A stretch of DNA of 63,885 nt, the filler included, from Guillardia theta CCMP2712 (Eukaryota; Protista; Cryptophyta): NCBI RefSeq assembly GCF_000315625.1. It is 6 parts of 6 records of this genome, joined end to end, with 100 filler letters (N's around TTAATTAATTAA, not from the genome) between each part and the next. Parts side by side here need not be neighbours in the genome. Positions count along the whole stretch, not along the records: positions 58,053 to 61,193 come from NW_005434475.1; positions 61,294 to 63,885 come from NW_005434613.1; 4 more parts are not named here. One strand, given 5' to 3'. The position numbers and the translations under genes are program-made. Below are positions 61,101-63,885 of this stretch, in pieces (positions within the stretch are counted from its first letter, which is position 1; each line of letters begins with the position of its first letter). Below the pieces are notes generated by a model. It was not told where the DNA came from and searched no databases. It saw nothing but the letters and a program-made list of their open reading frames with translations.

Positions 61101-62194
61101 TCCCCTCCTCCTCCTCCTCCTCTCTCTATGCTCCTTGGACTTCTTACAGCTTCCCGATAGTACTGGGGTATCTCTAAAATCTGAATACTGATGNNNNNNN
61201 NNNNNNNNNNNNNNNNNNNNNNNNNNNNNNNNNNNNNTTAATTAATTAANNNNNNNNNNNNNNNNNNNNNNNNNNNNNNNNNNNNNNNNNNNNTCCTCCT
61301 CCTCCTCTGGTCCGGATTCCGTTCTTTCCCTTGCACCTCCTCGGCCAGAGCACCCCCATGCTCCTTTTAAGTTACCTTCAATGTTCCTGTTACATAAGTT
61401 ACCACGGCCCGTGACACCGGCGGGCCCGGGCCCCGGCCCGGTGGCGGGCCGGCCACGGCCGGGTTTCCCGAGTCACTGAACTGACTCTTTCAAGTCAATG
61501 AGTAAAAGTTTGTATGGTGTCACGAACTGCAACGCGGCCTCCGGCAACCATCACCAACTCCCTAAGAAGAGGGGGTGGTTGAACACTGAGGTGTTCATAA
61601 GGAAACAAGGACGGTACCGGTACTTCTGAGATAAGGGAGGGGTCATACAAGCCGTATACTTGCCATGTTGAAGTGGGGTAGGGTCAGTGAGGCCCCGGTA
61701 GTCAACCTGGGGGCGTAAAGTTGAATGACAGCGCGGTAGGGTACTTGTCAGGGGTGGGTGATAAGAGGGTGAGAAGGGGGTGTCTAGAGGTTTATTGGGG
61801 GTGGTCTGTGCTTGTGATCAGGGGGTGGGTGGGTACCCCGGTTGGCATCTCTAGGTGGGAGTGAGTCACGATCGCAGATAAGCATGTCAGCGGAGGCTGG
61901 GAGGTGGAACAGGGGGTGGGGGTGGATCATTTTGCTGATACCACGGGTGCTGATGACAGGGAGAGGGAGGGTGATGGGGTCAATGTACGGATTTTGAATA
62001 TGGAAGGGTGGGTGGTTCATTTAGCTAATAAAAGGGCGTCAAGAAGAGAAACATTTGATACGTCAAGGCGCGGACGAGGAGGAAGGAACGAAGAAAAGAA
62101 GAGCGCACAAGGAGAGAGAGGGAACAGAAGGAGCTGAAGGATAAGAATAGCAAAACATTCAAGACATCGAACGGGTTAGCCTTGAGCAACAACG

Positions 62195-63213
62195 ATGAAA
62201 GTTACTGTAGAACAGTTGCAGCAGGAGCTAGAAAAGCAAGGGCTAATGGATCTTGTTGAGAAGCACAGGGGAGCAGAGGAGGTCCCTCACCTCCTCAATC
62301 GCTTTCTTGTCGCGAGGAAGCACAAGCTGAAGGACGCAATGAAGATGATCAGGCAAGACCTGGAGTGGAGGGAGACAGAGAAAGTGCTAGAGATTAGGAA
62401 TCGAACGTCAAGGGAAGTGCTCAACGCAGAGATCAATCCTCAAGGGAAACAGCTTCACGATGAGCTCTTTCCGCACGGATTTCTCGGCACCTGCAGGATG
62501 GGGAGGCCAGTCCTGTACCTCCGGTTCGGCAGGGACTTCGATGCGGAGAAGCTGGATAAGAACGCGCATCTCACACACGAAGACTTGGCGAGATACAACA
62601 TCTGGATGATGGAGAGGGTTGCTGCCAAGATGAACTTCGAGGGCCAGTGGGTGGTCGTGGTTGACCTGGAAGGATGGCATCTAGGTCAGATGACAATCCG
62701 AAACATGAAGGTTTTGCTTCTTTCCTCAGCTGCCCCGCCCGGCCTCTGACCCTCTTCCAGTACGTGAAGCAATTCGCGGACAAGAACTCCCTGCACTATC
62801 CCGAGAGGTGGTCTCCTTCGATTATCTCGCTCTCCTTGCTAACTCCGAGCTTGCAGGGCAGGAAAGATTTTCCTCATCAATGTTCCTTCTGTCTTCTCCA
62901 AGTGCTGGAGGTTCGAGAAGTTTAAGCCACCTTGCATCTTCCTTTCTCATCCATCTCTTGTAGTCTGATGAAGCCATGGCTGGACGATGTGACAAGAGAG
63001 AAGATAGGATTGTACCGCTCGCCGGAACAGGTATCTCTATAGCGCTTTTCGCATCTTGGTAATGTGACGTACTCTTCCTAGTGGATCCCTGCTATTAGCG
63101 AACTAATGGACTTGTCCATGCTGCCCAAGCGGGTCGGAGGGAATGCGAATCTCGAGTACGACAGCCACTCTCTTGACCCCTCAGATAGCGAGTACAGGAC
63201 AGTGACAGCTTAG
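62195..63213 (+). CDS. CRAL-TRIO/Sec14 lipid-binding protein (multi-exon)
   Basis: LLNRFLVARK..A.KM....L.WR, GRPVLY, VVVVDLEG, HYPER/AGKIFLINVP, LMKPWLDDVTREKI and LPKRVGG. Confidence 0.92.
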
Positions 63214-63885
63214 CTTCTCCATGTACAACTCTTATGTGTTGATAAAACAAGTTTGAACAAGCAGCACGTTCAATGATTGTTATTGCCTCTCATAGGACCG
63301 TACTGCATTCAGACTCGGACGCCAGTTGCTCGTCCGGGACCTCGGATCGGCTGATCGTCCGGGTCTCCTACGGACTCTACCGTCGATTCTGTGGTCCGGG
63401 GCTGGCGACCGTCGGACTTTATCATGTCAGTGTGCGGCAGTGCGGCAGATCCGACGTACAGCAGTTTTGACGTCCTACAACCGTAGGCGTCAATGTTATT
63501 GAGGCCCAAAGAGAACCCGCTCAAGTCATAATTAGAATGAATATGAGGGCAGCAATTTTCGGACTTGAATTGCTAGGCCCGGTGTGGGCCCACAAAGGCA
63601 GGAGAGCGAGTTGGATGAAGGGGGTGGATGAAAGAATTTCAGAATGTGGGGTGGGGTGGGGCGAAAAGCTACTCAAGGTGGGGTGTTATTGTTGATTTTG
63701 TACAGGTAGGGGTGATTGTGTTGAGGACCGAGGGGGTAGGGTGGAGAGTATATAAATGAGAGGGGGGTCGTGTCTTTATATGTCAATGGCTGTGGCATCG
63801 GTGATCGCGTTCGCACAGACAGTCAACGTAAGAGGAGGAGGAGGAGAGAGAGAGAGAGAGAGAGAGAGAGGAGGAGAGGAGGAGG

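Noticed and set aside
63270-63500. GC-rich stretch as a structured ncRNA or tRNA
   Set aside because: No tRNA boxes, snRNA motifs or convincing long stems were found by eye. An Infernal/Rfam scan would settle it.

Overview
Gene-dense eukaryotic nuclear DNA with many short GT-AG introns, often expanded by microsatellites. A cryptophyte alga (Guillardia/Hanusia-like) is inferred from a bipartite plastid leader and the gene content, not proven. It is a draft assembly with N gaps, five N-TTAATTAATTAA-N spacers and homopolymer errors. Recognisable genes: two divergently transcribed CDC14-like phosphatases with an atypical HCD[T/N]GLGRTG loop, TELO2, CacyBP/SIP, a PDZ coiled-coil protein, a Tctex-1 dynein light chain, a WD40 protein, UBA5, HRD1, a METTL24-like methyltransferase, an ABC1/UbiB kinase, a myosin, an ShK+FkbM methyltransferase, a 4CXXC-like zinc-finger protein and a CRAL-TRIO protein. 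The most unusual region is 28.3-33.1 kb, a chain of CRE-like non-LTR retrotransposon fragments. Each ends at the same poly(A)-less terminus (..CCAGTAAATCC) and is fused to an internal start point of the next, as expected from serial template jumping. The chain includes an in-frame self-insertion at the endonuclease active site and a fold-back inversion. A second pattern is a recurring intergenic layout: GGGGT-rich tracts on the sense strand upstream of genes, next to zones built from a few GC-rich/TGACT-like words. CDS coordinates span introns and were read by eye, so ends are approximate where stated.
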